Shown here piece after piece: positions 1 through 7,743 of a stretch of DNA of 33,331 bases. A program made the position numbers and the translations under genes. Origin of the DNA: Candidatus Limiplasma sp. (GTDB taxonomy: Bacteria; Bacteroidota; Bacteroidia; Bacteroidales; F082); contig DAIOUZ010000005.1 of NCBI GenBank assembly GCA_036759285.1, forward strand, positions 1 to 33,331, given 5' to 3'. The notes under the pieces were generated by a model. It was not told the DNA's origin and made no database searches. It saw only the letters and a list, made by a program, of their open reading frames with translations. How positions within the stretch are numbered: position 1 is the stretch's first letter; each line of letters begins with the position of its first letter.

Positions 1-145
1 CACCTTCCTCTTTCAGTTTTGCGCCTGTAACTGCATCACGGGCACCGCCATTGGGGACGGCAAACAGGAGTTCGGCGTATTGCGGATATTGGAGACGGAA
101 CCATTTCACGCATCCGCATTGTGTCTTATGCTCAATATCTCTCAT
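1..145 (-). CDS. VRR-NUC domain nuclease (5' part; runs off the left edge)
   Basis: Not in the ORF track. The minus-strand ATG at 145 reads MRDIEHKTQCGCVKWFRLQYPQYAELLFAVPNGGARDAVTGAKLKEEG.... This fits the VRR-NUC pattern (E..Q...W....PNGG.R....LK..G). The start overlaps the upstream stop as ATGA. Confidence 0.6.
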   Translation of the reverse strand, partial: MRDIEHKTQCGCVKWFRLQYPQYAELLFAVPNGGARDAVTGAKLKEEG

Positions 146-246
146 ACGAAAAGGCAGATTAAGGCGATAATGATACCTGCAATGATCATGGTACCGATGA
201 TTGCACAACCACTGCCGCTGTGCGTTGGATATTCATTCCGCTTCAT
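142..246 (-). CDS. Small hydrophobic protein (34 aa)
   Basis: Hand translation gives MKRNEYPTHSGSGCAIIGTMIIAGIIIALICLFV, with one predicted TM helix. It fills the gap after the DnaC-like gene. Its stop is ATGA-coupled to the VRR-NUC start. It is below the ORF-track size cutoff. Confidence 0.35.
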   Translation of the reverse strand: MKRNEYPTHSGSGCAIIGTMIIAGIIIALICLFV

Positions 247-272
247 TTCCTTGATTATTTTGCGATTATCTA

Positions 273-977
273 TCATGACCTGTACGATGCAGAGGTGAAC
301 GGTACCATTGAAAACATTTCCGCAAATCGGTCCGAAAGCCTGACCCCGTACCTCTCACGAATTTCAGCCAATCCCATGTTTGTGGATATCAAGGTGCAGA
401 GTTGTCGGTCATACCTTTCGCATAGCAAATCAATCAATGGCTCGCTGACATTTCCGTAAAGTTTCGATTCCATAGGCTCGACACCCAATTCGTCAATGGC
501 CAACAGTGCGACCTTGCTCATCATGTCGTATCTATCGCGTTTCAGCGTGAAGTCGCTGATGACCTGTTTTGCCTTCAACATACTGATGCACCTTGGCTCA
601 TCAAGCACTTTTTCAACGCGACCTGTATCTGGATCCCTTTCTCTTGCGCACACATCATTGATGGTGGAACAGATGGCAAGGAGAAGCGTTGTCTTCCCTG
701 TGCCTACATTGCCGTACATGAGGAAGCCTGGCCGCTTATTCGCGCTACAAAGCCATTTCGCGGCGTCCTCAATGTTTTGTTTCAGTTCAGCGTTGTCTTG
801 CCTGTAATTGGCAATCGAAACGCGACGCAAAACTTCTGCCTTGTATTTGGCGGTAATCAGTTCTGCTATTTTCTTCTCATCGAAAGGAAGGTAGAACCGT
901 TTTGGAGGGGTCGCATTCTCATTCCTTTTGTTCATTCCTTTGATGAGGCTGTCAATGCTAATTCGCTTTGTTTCCAT
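273..977 (-). CDS. DnaC/IstB-like AAA+ helicase loader
   Basis: Walker A is GNVGTGKTT and Walker B is LLAIDELG. It lies directly downstream of the replication organizer gene. Confidence 0.85.
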   Translation of the reverse strand: METKRISIDSLIKGMNKRNENATPPKRFYLPFDEKKIAELITAKYKAEVLRRVSIANYRQDNAELKQNIEDAAKWLCSANKRPGFLMYGNVGTGKTTLLLAICSTINDVCARERDPDTGRVEKVLDEPRCISMLKAKQVISDFTLKRDRYDMMSKVALLAIDELGVEPMESKLYGNVSEPLIDLLCERYDRQLCTLISTNMGLAEIRERYGVRLSDRFAEMFSMVPFTSASYRS

Positions 978-982
978 GTTTT

Positions 983-1822
983 CTACATTTTTCTTGTGAA
1001 TTCTGTGCCTATTGTGGAGTCACCTTTGTAAGTGGTAATGCCGTTGGCCGCCGCACCTTCGTGGTTGTCATAGTTGCCCGACAGCACCTTTTCGAAATTG
1101 CTGGGGCGAATGAGCCAGTCAAAAGTTGCGGTAAAGCCGCTGCCGTTTTGTCCTTTCAGGAAATCGGAGGCCATGGCCTTTTCTATCATGTCGGCGAATG
1201 CTTGTTTCCCACGCTCACGGATTCGTGCTCTTACCATCGCCTTCCTTTTTTCGCCGAGTGGAAGAAGCACCTTGCCGAACACCCCTTTTGTCTTTTCATT
1301 GAAATATTCAACAAGAGCATCATATTTGATGTTATCCTTTGGCGTCGGCGGTGCGGAGCACCCCGACACAGGATTTCCGTCAGGAAATTCTGAAACACCT
1401 TCTTTCCTTCTTCCATTCTTATATTCTTGTTTGTCAGCAGTAGGTTCCGCACCAAGTTCCGCATGAGATTGCGCAGTAGGTTCCGCACCAAGTTCCGCAG
1501 TATTTGCGTAGGCTTGATACTTATGATATTGAATTATAGTTATTTTCGTTCCGTTGCCAAAACGCTCACGGCGTATCTCACCGCTTAACTCCAATTTGCG
1601 CAGTGCTTCACGCACGGTATGGTCGCTGCCAAGGCCTGTCGATTCCATGATTTGAGCAGTTGACGTGACCAGCTGGCCACGGCCAATCCGTTGGCCGCGT
1701 TTCCAACCAGGCTTCGAGTTGGCCGACAACAGCAGATCGATGAACACCAACAGGACGCTTGGTTCCTGATAGTGCTGCCAATCTTTCATTTGTCGGTGCA
1801 GTTTGATCCATCCTTGTTCCAT
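983..1822 (-). CDS. Phage replication organizer/initiator-like protein (wHTH N-terminus, conserved phage C-terminal domain)
   Basis: The N-terminus WIKLHRQM..W...EPSVLLVFIDLLL...RGQLVTS...I resembles DnaD/replisome-organizer wHTH proteins. The C-terminus (YFNEKTKG...RKAMVRARIRERG...DFLKG...FTATFDWLIRPSNFEKVLSGNY) resembles the conserved phage C-terminus domain. An alternative start at 1789 (MKDWQ) would be ATGA-coupled to the upstream micro-ORF. Confidence 0.7.
   Translation of the reverse strand: MEQGWIKLHRQMKDWQHYQEPSVLLVFIDLLLSANSKPGWKRGQRIGRGQLVTSTAQIMESTGLGSDHTVREALRKLELSGEIRRERFGNGTKITIIQYHKYQAYANTAELGAEPTAQSHAELGAEPTADKQEYKNGRRKEGVSEFPDGNPVSGCSAPPTPKDNIKYDALVEYFNEKTKGVFGKVLLPLGEKRKAMVRARIRERGKQAFADMIEKAMASDFLKGQNGSGFTATFDWLIRPSNFEKVLSGNYDNHEGAAANGITTYKGDSTIGTEFTRKM
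1437..1499. repeat. Perfect 27-bp direct repeat x2 (1437-1463 and 1473-1499, period 36 bp) inside the replication gene
   Basis: gcagtaggttccgcaccaagttccgca occurs twice, in frame. It encodes the duplicated peptide AELGAEPTA. Confidence 0.9.
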
Positions 1823-1947
1823 TTCTTTAAGAATTGCTTCGTCAGTCTTCTGTTCTCATCGTCCCGCCAGTTGTTAGAGGGGTTGGATAACCTCTCTAAC
1901 AACCGCAGGGCTTTTTGCCATTCGCGTTCAGTGGGTAGCCTGTTCAT
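1786..1947 (-). CDS. Small hypothetical protein (53 aa)
   Basis: Hand translation gives MNRLPTEREWQKALRLLERLSNPSNNWRDDENRRLTKQFLKKWNKDGSNCTDK. It has ATGA overlaps at both ends (with 1944..2057 and with the alternative start 1789 of the replication gene). It is below the ORF-track cutoff. Confidence 0.4.
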   Translation of the reverse strand: MNRLPTEREWQKALRLLERLSNPSNNWRDDENRRLTKQFLKKWNKDGSNCTDK

Positions 1948-2057
1948 ATCGGTCCGAATAGGGGAACCCCCGCCGCGTCAGCCTGAGCCTGTTCCCATGA
2001 CGGGAGCAGATCTTCATCGTCGCATTCGGTGTAGTGATAGAGGTCTTCATTTCTCAT
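1944..2057 (-). CDS. Small acidic hypothetical protein (37 aa)
   Basis: Hand translation gives MRNEDLYHYTECDDEDLLPSWEQAQADAAGVPLFGPI. The start overlaps the end of the 561-aa gene and the stop is ATGA-coupled to the next ORF. Confidence 0.35.
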   Translation of the reverse strand: MRNEDLYHYTECDDEDLLPSWEQAQADAAGVPLFGPI

Positions 2058-3732
2058 CACTCACCTCCTTGCTCACGATTACCGTCTTGAAGCCTTCGTC
2101 CTTCAGTTTAGCAAGGACTTTCTCGGTAATCTTTGCGGGCAGCTTCTTCAATCCGAATTTCACGGTCCTCTTGTTGGTCAACACGGTACCGCTGTCTTCG
2201 TCAAGGAAATCCTCAAAGGAGGTCTTCTCGGGGTCGACAATCATCATGCGGCCTATCAATTCCTCATCGGCGTAATCCTTAATCTTCAGTACATCGAAAG
2301 TGCGTTCCTTGGCAAAGTCGTCAATGCCGAACAAATCCTTCATGGCTTGCTCGTTGACCTCGGCCTGATAGAACAATCCGCTCATCTCGTCGTTGCTGGC
2401 ATAACTGACATTGGCAAGTACCAGGCAGCCGTTTTCAAAATGATAATAGAGGTTCTTATCGCTCACGCTGACACGGATGGTGTCCGTGGCATCCAAGTGA
2501 ACCTCCTTGCGGTTTGCTTTCAGCATCTGCGCTTTCTCCATGATGCGCTCGTCGATTTCATTGAGTGCCGCTTGTGCCTGTTCCTTGCGCCTTTTGGCCT
2601 CGGCTTTCATGCGTTCCTCGAAGGCCAACGCTTCTGCAACAGCGTTGACTGCTTCAATGCGCTCATCCTTGGTAATGTCTGCTATGGAGTCGCTGATTTC
2701 CTGAGACTCTTCCTCTGTCAATGCCCTGGCCGCGCTGGTTCCTTCTGTGGTGGCAAACAACCCAGCTTTGACAATGGATTTCATTACATCATCAATAGAA
2801 TCGAAATGGCCGAGATTGGCGGGCAGGAACATGAATTTTTCGTTGATGATGAAGTCACTGTCGATGTCATCAGCGATGACCACTTTTGGCCTCTCATCTT
2901 CGCCGTCTCTACCAAAGACCTTAGTGTCAGTAATACGCTCCTTGTTGGCTTCAAGCCAGTCAAGGAAATGGTCAAGCATGGCTTTCAGTTCCTTCTCGCT
3001 TTCCTCATGGGTATAAGTGTAGTATTCGGGGATGACCTCGCCGCTCAATGCGGGTTGTGTCTTTGTGCCGCCTTTCCACTTGATGACGCGGTATTCAAAA
3101 CCTTCCACCTCGTAACCGTTCTGCACAAGGCAATACGGATAGACATGGCGTTGCCACTTGCGCTCGAATTTCAGGAAATCATATTGCGTCGTGGTTTTTA
3201 GGTCGATAACCTTGTCATGCTGGAACTCATCTACATAGCCGTACAACTCAACAATACCATGCTCTGTCTCAATGGTTGCGGTGGTAAACACCTGTGAGGC
3301 ACTGTCAATGAGACCTTCCGCAACGCTTTTGCAAAACTCGAGGTCGAACAGGAATGTAAAGCCGTCAAGGGTTGCCGTGACAACTTTGTCATCCATCGTC
3401 ACGGTCATGCCCTCATATTGGCAGTCGCGACCGTCAAGAAGCATGTCGATAACCTCGTTGAAGCAGGTGCCTTTGTCGGCGGCCTCCCAAGGCTCATGCG
3501 GCACTCGGTTGATGGTGTCAACCAATTCTTGCTCCAGCTTGTCACACAATTCGTCAGGGGTGAGAATATAATCTCCAACCTCCTTGTCAGGATATTTGCC
3601 AGCTTCGATGGCTGTCTCGCTCACCTTGTTCCAAGGCTCCTCGGCTGCGGTTTCGTAGTCGAGGAACTCCTGGAACTTATCGAGCAAGGATGGGTAAATC
3701 CTGAAATCAGGCTTGCTCTTTTGGCTGTTCAT
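2047..3732 (-). CDS. RecB/Cas4-like PD-(D/E)xK nuclease domain protein with coiled-coil C-terminal half
   Basis: YGYVDEF..DKVIDLKTT followed by WQRHVYPY fits nuclease motifs II/III (D...D-x-K) plus the QxxxY motif. It is adjacent to a Sak4-like ATPase, as in phage recombination modules. The C-terminal half has no recognisable function. Confidence 0.6.
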   Translation of the reverse strand: MNSQKSKPDFRIYPSLLDKFQEFLDYETAAEEPWNKVSETAIEAGKYPDKEVGDYILTPDELCDKLEQELVDTINRVPHEPWEAADKGTCFNEVIDMLLDGRDCQYEGMTVTMDDKVVTATLDGFTFLFDLEFCKSVAEGLIDSASQVFTTATIETEHGIVELYGYVDEFQHDKVIDLKTTTQYDFLKFERKWQRHVYPYCLVQNGYEVEGFEYRVIKWKGGTKTQPALSGEVIPEYYTYTHEESEKELKAMLDHFLDWLEANKERITDTKVFGRDGEDERPKVVIADDIDSDFIINEKFMFLPANLGHFDSIDDVMKSIVKAGLFATTEGTSAARALTEEESQEISDSIADITKDERIEAVNAVAEALAFEERMKAEAKRRKEQAQAALNEIDERIMEKAQMLKANRKEVHLDATDTIRVSVSDKNLYYHFENGCLVLANVSYASNDEMSGLFYQAEVNEQAMKDLFGIDDFAKERTFDVLKIKDYADEELIGRMMIVDPEKTSFEDFLDEDSGTVLTNKRTVKFGLKKLPAKITEKVLAKLKDEGFKTVIVSKEVSDEK

Positions 3733-4678
3733 ACGCTTGTTTGGTTTTGTTGTAAGTCAATCCAAGTTCATTGGCCTTTTTCGCAAGGCGTTGCGAGGCA
3801 AGTTCTTTCGAGTTGTAGATGTGCTGGATTTGAAGCATGTCGTAGATGAATGCGTTGGCCGTGGATGCGTCAACCACTTCTTCTTCGATTCTCGCTTCAA
3901 TCATGCTCATCAAGTCCTCGAAATCGGCCACCTTCTCCTGGTCCTCCTTGCGACGGCGGAAGAAGTCGGTGATAATCCGTGCCAGATAATCGTTCTTTCC
4001 GACAGGGGTGCCATTGGCATCCACCGTGATGGGAAGTGAAATGACCGGTGGAAGGTTGCAAGTGTTCTTTGCATAGAAGCGGCTGCTGGGGTTGAAACTG
4101 ATGGTGCGTACCATGTCAGCACCGTCACCTCTGGCCTCCATGTAGCCAACAAGGTCAAGTTCCTTGATGAGGTCGTTGACTGAAGATCCGCCCACCTCAG
4201 GGCGAAGAACCGTTTCGTCGCCGCGTTTCTGTTCCTGTTCGTGTGCTATAAACACCAGCGATCTTCCTGTCAGTCTCACGCGGTTTATGAAGGCGATGAA
4301 CATCTGCTTTCTGGCACCATAGCCTTTCAGGGTGAGGCCACCGCTACGGTCACTCATGGTGCGCTTGGTGTCGGTACGCTTGATGTAGTCCTCCATGTAG
4401 GACAATAACTTTCCGCAGGTGTCGATGACAATGGTGTTGTAGTCTTGGCTGCCCTCTATCTCTTTGAGAGCCTCGTCGATGTCCTCCCATTTCTCGACTT
4501 GCAAGGTGGGCACCATGTGTGCGCCGTTAATTCTTGTCACGCCGCCATCGCAGTCGAACAAGACTGGATTTGGAGCGGAACATCCGAATGTGGTTTTGCC
4601 AATGCCTGGCTGGCCGTAAATCAGGACGGCCAATGTTGGTTTAACTACCAACTCTGATGGTTTTCTAATGAGACCCAT
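3707..4678 (-). CDS. Sak4-like / AAA_24 RecA-fold ATPase (recombination)
   Basis: Walker A is YGQPGIGKTT and Walker B-like is NTIVIDTCG. Size and context are typical of phage AAA_24 proteins. Confidence 0.75.
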   Translation of the reverse strand: MGLIRKPSELVVKPTLAVLIYGQPGIGKTTFGCSAPNPVLFDCDGGVTRINGAHMVPTLQVEKWEDIDEALKEIEGSQDYNTIVIDTCGKLLSYMEDYIKRTDTKRTMSDRSGGLTLKGYGARKQMFIAFINRVRLTGRSLVFIAHEQEQKRGDETVLRPEVGGSSVNDLIKELDLVGYMEARGDGADMVRTISFNPSSRFYAKNTCNLPPVISLPITVDANGTPVGKNDYLARIITDFFRRRKEDQEKVADFEDLMSMIEARIEEEVVDASTANAFIYDMLQIQHIYNSKELASQRLAKKANELGLTYNKTKQAYEQPKEQA

Positions 4679-4718
4679 ACTGATTGTAATTTAATTGTTT
4701 TGCCGCAATATCGCGGTG

Positions 4719-4809
4719 TGGAACGGGTCGGAATCGAACCGACTAATGTATGACTGGGAAAGTATAACCAGCGAAGACTTCCGTTTACTTCCTATCCGTC
4801 CCCCATTCC
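4719..4809 (-). tRNA. tRNA-like gene (91 nt) with canonical acceptor and T-arm but aberrant D/anticodon domain
   Basis: The minus strand reads GGAATGG...GTCGG-TTCGATT-CCGAC-CCGTTCC-A. It has a 7-bp acceptor stem (one G-U) and a perfect 5-bp T-stem with a TTCGATT loop. I could not fold any 5-bp/7-nt anticodon arm; the best is CTGG/CCAG with a 10-nt loop. No CCA is encoded. Confidence 0.35.
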
Positions 4810-4878
4810 GCCATCATTCCTTGCGGTTTGATGGCGAAGGATTTTTCCTCTTTTCAGTCGTGACTTCCCACGTTTTTT

Positions 4879-5976
4879 TCAATACTTGGATTTTGATACG
4901 ACAACCATGCGGTTCAATTCGGAATCGTTGCCAAATTGAGCCGTCACACCGTTTGCCATCGGAATGAGGCGGTCTTTATCCACATCGTAGTCGCTGATAA
5001 GTGCCTGATACACATTAAATGCACGATCGCCACTCAGTTTCTGGTTGTTATAGGAGTTCCCGTCAGGTGAAGCATACCCCTCAATCCTGTAGTTACCATC
5101 GTGAGTATTGATGTATTCTGCTATGCGTCTAATCTTTGCCTCCTCGATTGGCGTGATTTCTGCAGATGCGTAATCAAAGAAAACAGGCATCAATTCAAGA
5201 TTTGCATTAGTGCAATTCTCCGTTACTTGCTGCACCTCGGCCTGGCAATTGTTCAGCCTTTCCGCAGCCAATTCCAGTGCCGCCGTGGACCGCTCCAGCA
5301 AGTCCGTCAGCCTCGCATTATCCTCATCCTTCTTTTTCGCCTCCGACTTCAATAGGGCGTTTTCCTCCTTTATTTCGCCATAGGTCGTGCGAATGTGGTT
5401 GTCAATGTCGATGGCCACACGGTCACTTTCGATGATTCCCAGCCTTGCGGAATATCCAAGGCGGGCGAAAAAGGTATTGTCCCAGGCCGCATTGTTCTGA
5501 ACCAAGTCGCTGCCGCCCTCCAGCCACAGCATTGAGTGCTTCCCGAAGTTGACATTCAGTCCGAGGCCAGCATCAGCCGCAAGGCCGCATTTGGTCGCCA
5601 TTGTGGGATTGATAACCGCCCCAGCATCGGCAAAGAGATACATCCAATTGAGGAAGTCGAATGATGCACCAGCCATGGCCGTTCCGTAGCGATCGAAGTC
5701 TTCAACAGCCCCAAGTCCGTTAATGGAGGCCTCGTAGCGAAGCCGCCAATAGTCGCCCACACGCTTCGTCGCCAAGGCACTGAGGCCGACAGCACTTCTG
5801 CCGTGGTAGTTGGAGTATTGGCCAGCGATTCCCACCGTCCAATTTGACGCGAGGGAATACTTATGACCAGAATCATACCTGTAAGGCTTTTGCGCTGCTG
5901 CTGTCATGCAGAGAGCCAGCGCCATCAGGGTAACGGCAAGCCTCATCCCGCTACTCCTACTCAAAATTTTGTTCAT
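4879..5976 (-). CDS. OmpA-family outer-membrane protein (signal peptide + beta-rich N-domain + coiled coil + OmpA_C peptidoglycan-binding domain)
   Basis: The N-terminal signal is MRLAVTLMALALCMTAAAQ. The C-terminus FDYASAEIT...IRRIAEYIN...YRIEGYASPDGNSYNNQKLSGDRAFNVYQAL matches the OmpA/MotB motif (G..D..G....N..LS..RA). Confidence 0.8.
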   Translation of the reverse strand: MNKILSRSSGMRLAVTLMALALCMTAAAQKPYRYDSGHKYSLASNWTVGIAGQYSNYHGRSAVGLSALATKRVGDYWRLRYEASINGLGAVEDFDRYGTAMAGASFDFLNWMYLFADAGAVINPTMATKCGLAADAGLGLNVNFGKHSMLWLEGGSDLVQNNAAWDNTFFARLGYSARLGIIESDRVAIDIDNHIRTTYGEIKEENALLKSEAKKKDEDNARLTDLLERSTAALELAAERLNNCQAEVQQVTENCTNANLELMPVFFDYASAEITPIEEAKIRRIAEYINTHDGNYRIEGYASPDGNSYNNQKLSGDRAFNVYQALISDYDVDKDRLIPMANGVTAQFGNDSELNRMVVVSKSKY

Positions 5977-6009
5977 TTTGTTGAGATTTTTTGTTAATAA
6001 TTAGGTTAA

Positions 6010-6321
6010 TTATAGAGCCGCTTTGCGGTTCGTTCTCAGATTGTTGAGCCTGTGGCATATTGCCTCGGCTTCGCTTTCCGTCTCGTCGCGTGTCGGTACC
6101 CGAATGGCGAGAAGCCAATTCTCCAACTCCGACTTTCGGAAGCGCAAGAAGTTGCCCTGTTTGTAGTGCGGGATCTTCTTGCCGCTCGTCAGGCTGTGCA
6201 GGTAGTTCACCGAATAGCCAGTGAGAAGTGCCGCCTCGTTGATGTCAAGCACTTCCTTTGCGGAGAGTCGGGTCAAAGACTCAATGCGATCGAGTTGTTC
6301 TTTCAGTTCAGCGTCATTCAT
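6010..6321 (-). CDS. Excisionase-family / MerR-like HTH DNA-binding protein
   Basis: LDINEAALLTGYSVNYLHSLTSGKKIPHYKQGNFLRFRKSELENWL is a typical HTH_17 (Xis-like) pattern. Confidence 0.65.
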   Translation of the reverse strand: MNDAELKEQLDRIESLTRLSAKEVLDINEAALLTGYSVNYLHSLTSGKKIPHYKQGNFLRFRKSELENWLLAIRVPTRDETESEAEAICHRLNNLRTNRKAAL

Positions 6322-6484
6322 GGCTTGCCTCGCTTTCCGTGTTGCAGAATAGGACGATGGCCATCACTATTTCGATGATGAAGGTGCCGATGTGCCACCA
6401 TGCGCCTTTGGCCACAATGCCATAAAAGGTGACACCAGCCATGAAAGCAAGCACGCCTGCAATAATCCTTTCAATATGTTTCAT
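6314..6484 (-). CDS. Small membrane protein (56 aa, two hydrophobic helices)
   Basis: Hand translation gives MKHIERIIAGVLAFMAGVTFYGIVAKGAWWHIGTFIIEIVMAIVLFCNTESEASHE. The start is ATGA-coupled to the stop of 6481..6702 and the 3' end overlaps the next start. It is below the ORF-track cutoff. Confidence 0.45.
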   Translation of the reverse strand: MKHIERIIAGVLAFMAGVTFYGIVAKGAWWHIGTFIIEIVMAIVLFCNTESEASHE

Positions 6485-6702
6485 TGCAGGCCTCCTTTCT
6501 CGCCGTTCATTTGGCTTTCCACGCGCTTGCGGATGTTGTAGAGTGTGCTAACCGAGTAGATGCCGTATTTCTTCATGATGAAATCATTCACGGCAGTTGC
6601 TTGCGCCCCTGGTTCCTCCATCATTTTGTTGTACTCTTCATAGATGGCTTTCTCGCGGGCTTCCTTATCCTTTCGGAAAGGTGTTTGTAGTGTCTGTGTC
6701 AT
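6481..6702 (-). CDS. Small hypothetical protein, possible HTH regulator (73 aa)
   Basis: It sits in the operon and has no competing frame. The C-terminal segment FIMKKYGIYSVSTLYNIRKRV looks HTH-like. Confidence 0.5.
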   Translation of the reverse strand: MTQTLQTPFRKDKEAREKAIYEEYNKMMEEPGAQATAVNDFIMKKYGIYSVSTLYNIRKRVESQMNGEKGGLQ

Positions 6703-6729
6703 GTGATATTGAATTAACTATTTAGTTTA

Positions 6730-6984
6730 TTAGAACTTCTCCATCGTACCGACGATAGCGATGTGAATAGACATGTTAGTGTTGCCTTCCCATTCGAAGT
6801 CGTTCCGTTCCACATCGTCGGCCATGTGGTAGAATAGTTCCTCCATTTCAGGAGTGACGGGGAAAGCCACCTGTTTCTCGGAGTTGCCGCACTTGGCGGT
6901 GATGAGCATGCGGTTGAAGTTTTTGGTGTAGGGACGGTTCTCATACGAGCCGCCGCCATCTGTCGTGGTCTTTTTGTCTGTCAT
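6730..6984 (-). CDS. Hypothetical early protein (84 aa)
   Basis: This ORF is preferred over the overlapping frame 6714..6959, which is Pro/Ser/Thr/Trp-rich and looks non-coding. Confidence 0.5.
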   Translation of the reverse strand: MTDKKTTTDGGGSYENRPYTKNFNRMLITAKCGNSEKQVAFPVTPEMEELFYHMADDVERNDFEWEGNTNMSIHIAIVGTMEKF

Positions 6985-7002
6985 ACTGCTTTTGATTTTA
7001 AA

Positions 7003-7188
7003 TTAACTAATTCGTTTATTTTCTGTTTGAAATTTTCTTTCAGGCTTAATGGTAAACAACTTCTTTTGTTTCCTCAGCATCTTACCGATGCCGTCTGCCT
7101 CCATGAGGCTGAGGTCGTTGATGCGCGTGTTGTGTGATGTGTGGCAGTCGTTGAACACGGTCACTTGGTATTTTCTTCGTTCATCCAT
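7003..7188 (-). CDS. Hypothetical protein, first gene of the leftward early operon (61 aa)
   Basis: Called on position, immediately downstream of the switch region. No motif recognised. Confidence 0.4.
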   Translation of the reverse strand: MDERRKYQVTVFNDCHTSHNTRINDLSLMEADGIGKMLRKQKKLFTIKPERKFQTENKRIS

Positions 7189-7214
7189 TTTTTATTGATT
7201 TGTTTATTATTTTG

Positions 7215-7222
7215 TATTTTTG
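7215..7222 (+). promoter_or_regulatory. Candidate Bacteroidetes -7 box TATTTTTG (rightward, lysogeny operon)
   Basis: Exact match to the TAnnTTTG consensus, about 100 nt upstream of the repressor-like gene. Confidence 0.35.
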
Positions 7223-7248
7223 TCGCGTTATTTGTTTGTAACACGCTG

Positions 7249-7256
7249 CAAAAATA
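7249..7256 (-). promoter_or_regulatory. Candidate Bacteroidetes -7 box TATTTTTG (leftward, early operon)
   Basis: The plus strand reads caaaaata, so the minus strand reads TATTTTTG. It lies about 60 nt upstream of the ATG at 7188. A second candidate, TAAATTTG, is at 7304-7311 (minus). Confidence 0.35.
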
Positions 7257-7324
7257 AAGAACTTTATAATATGTTCAATGTTTTATATAAACTTTTTTAT
7301 AAACAAATTTATAAATAATTGAAA

Positions 7325-7732
7325 ATGACAAAGTTAGAAAGAATAAAAATCTTGATAAATATTCTGATTTTTAATGGCCATGCGGAAAGTCAGAAGGATT
7401 TTGGTATAAAAATGGGCTATGAAAACGAGTCTTATTTCAGCCAAATCATAAATGGAAAGGTAAATCTACCAAAGAACTTTATAGATAAACTAAAGTCCAT
7501 TGAGCCGAGAGTAAATGAAGAATGGATAGATGATGGGACAGGAGAAATGTTTATCGGCGATAATGCTGTCAACAGCAATTTCGCAAAAAACATCGGCGGT
7601 GACAACCAGCAGAACTCGGGCAAGGTGATAGAGGCTCTTGCCAACCAACTGACAGAAAAAGACCGTCAGATAGCCAAGAGCCAAGAGCAGATAGACAGAC
7701 TGCTTTCAATAATCGAAAAAATGAACTCATAA
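7325..7732 (+). CDS. XRE-type HTH protein with coiled-coil C-terminus (repressor candidate)
   Basis: SQKDFGIKMGYENESYFSQIINGK...EEWIDDGTGEMF is an HTH_3-like pattern. The ORF-track start at 7319 is TTG; the ATG at 7325 (MTKLER) is more likely. It is divergent from the early operon. Confidence 0.6.
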   Translation: MTKLERIKILINILIFNGHAESQKDFGIKMGYENESYFSQIINGKVNLPKNFIDKLKSIEPRVNEEWIDDGTGEMFIGDNAVNSNFAKNIGGDNQQNSGKVIEALANQLTEKDRQIAKSQEQIDRLLSIIEKMNS

Positions 7733-7743
7733 ATAATAACATC

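Noticed and set aside
4859-4879. Plus-strand hairpin CGTG-ACTTCC-CACG followed by T7, resembling a terminator.
   Set aside because: The stem is only 4 bp. No plus-strand gene is upstream. The T-run overlaps the stop codon of the OmpA-family gene, so it is probably coincidental.
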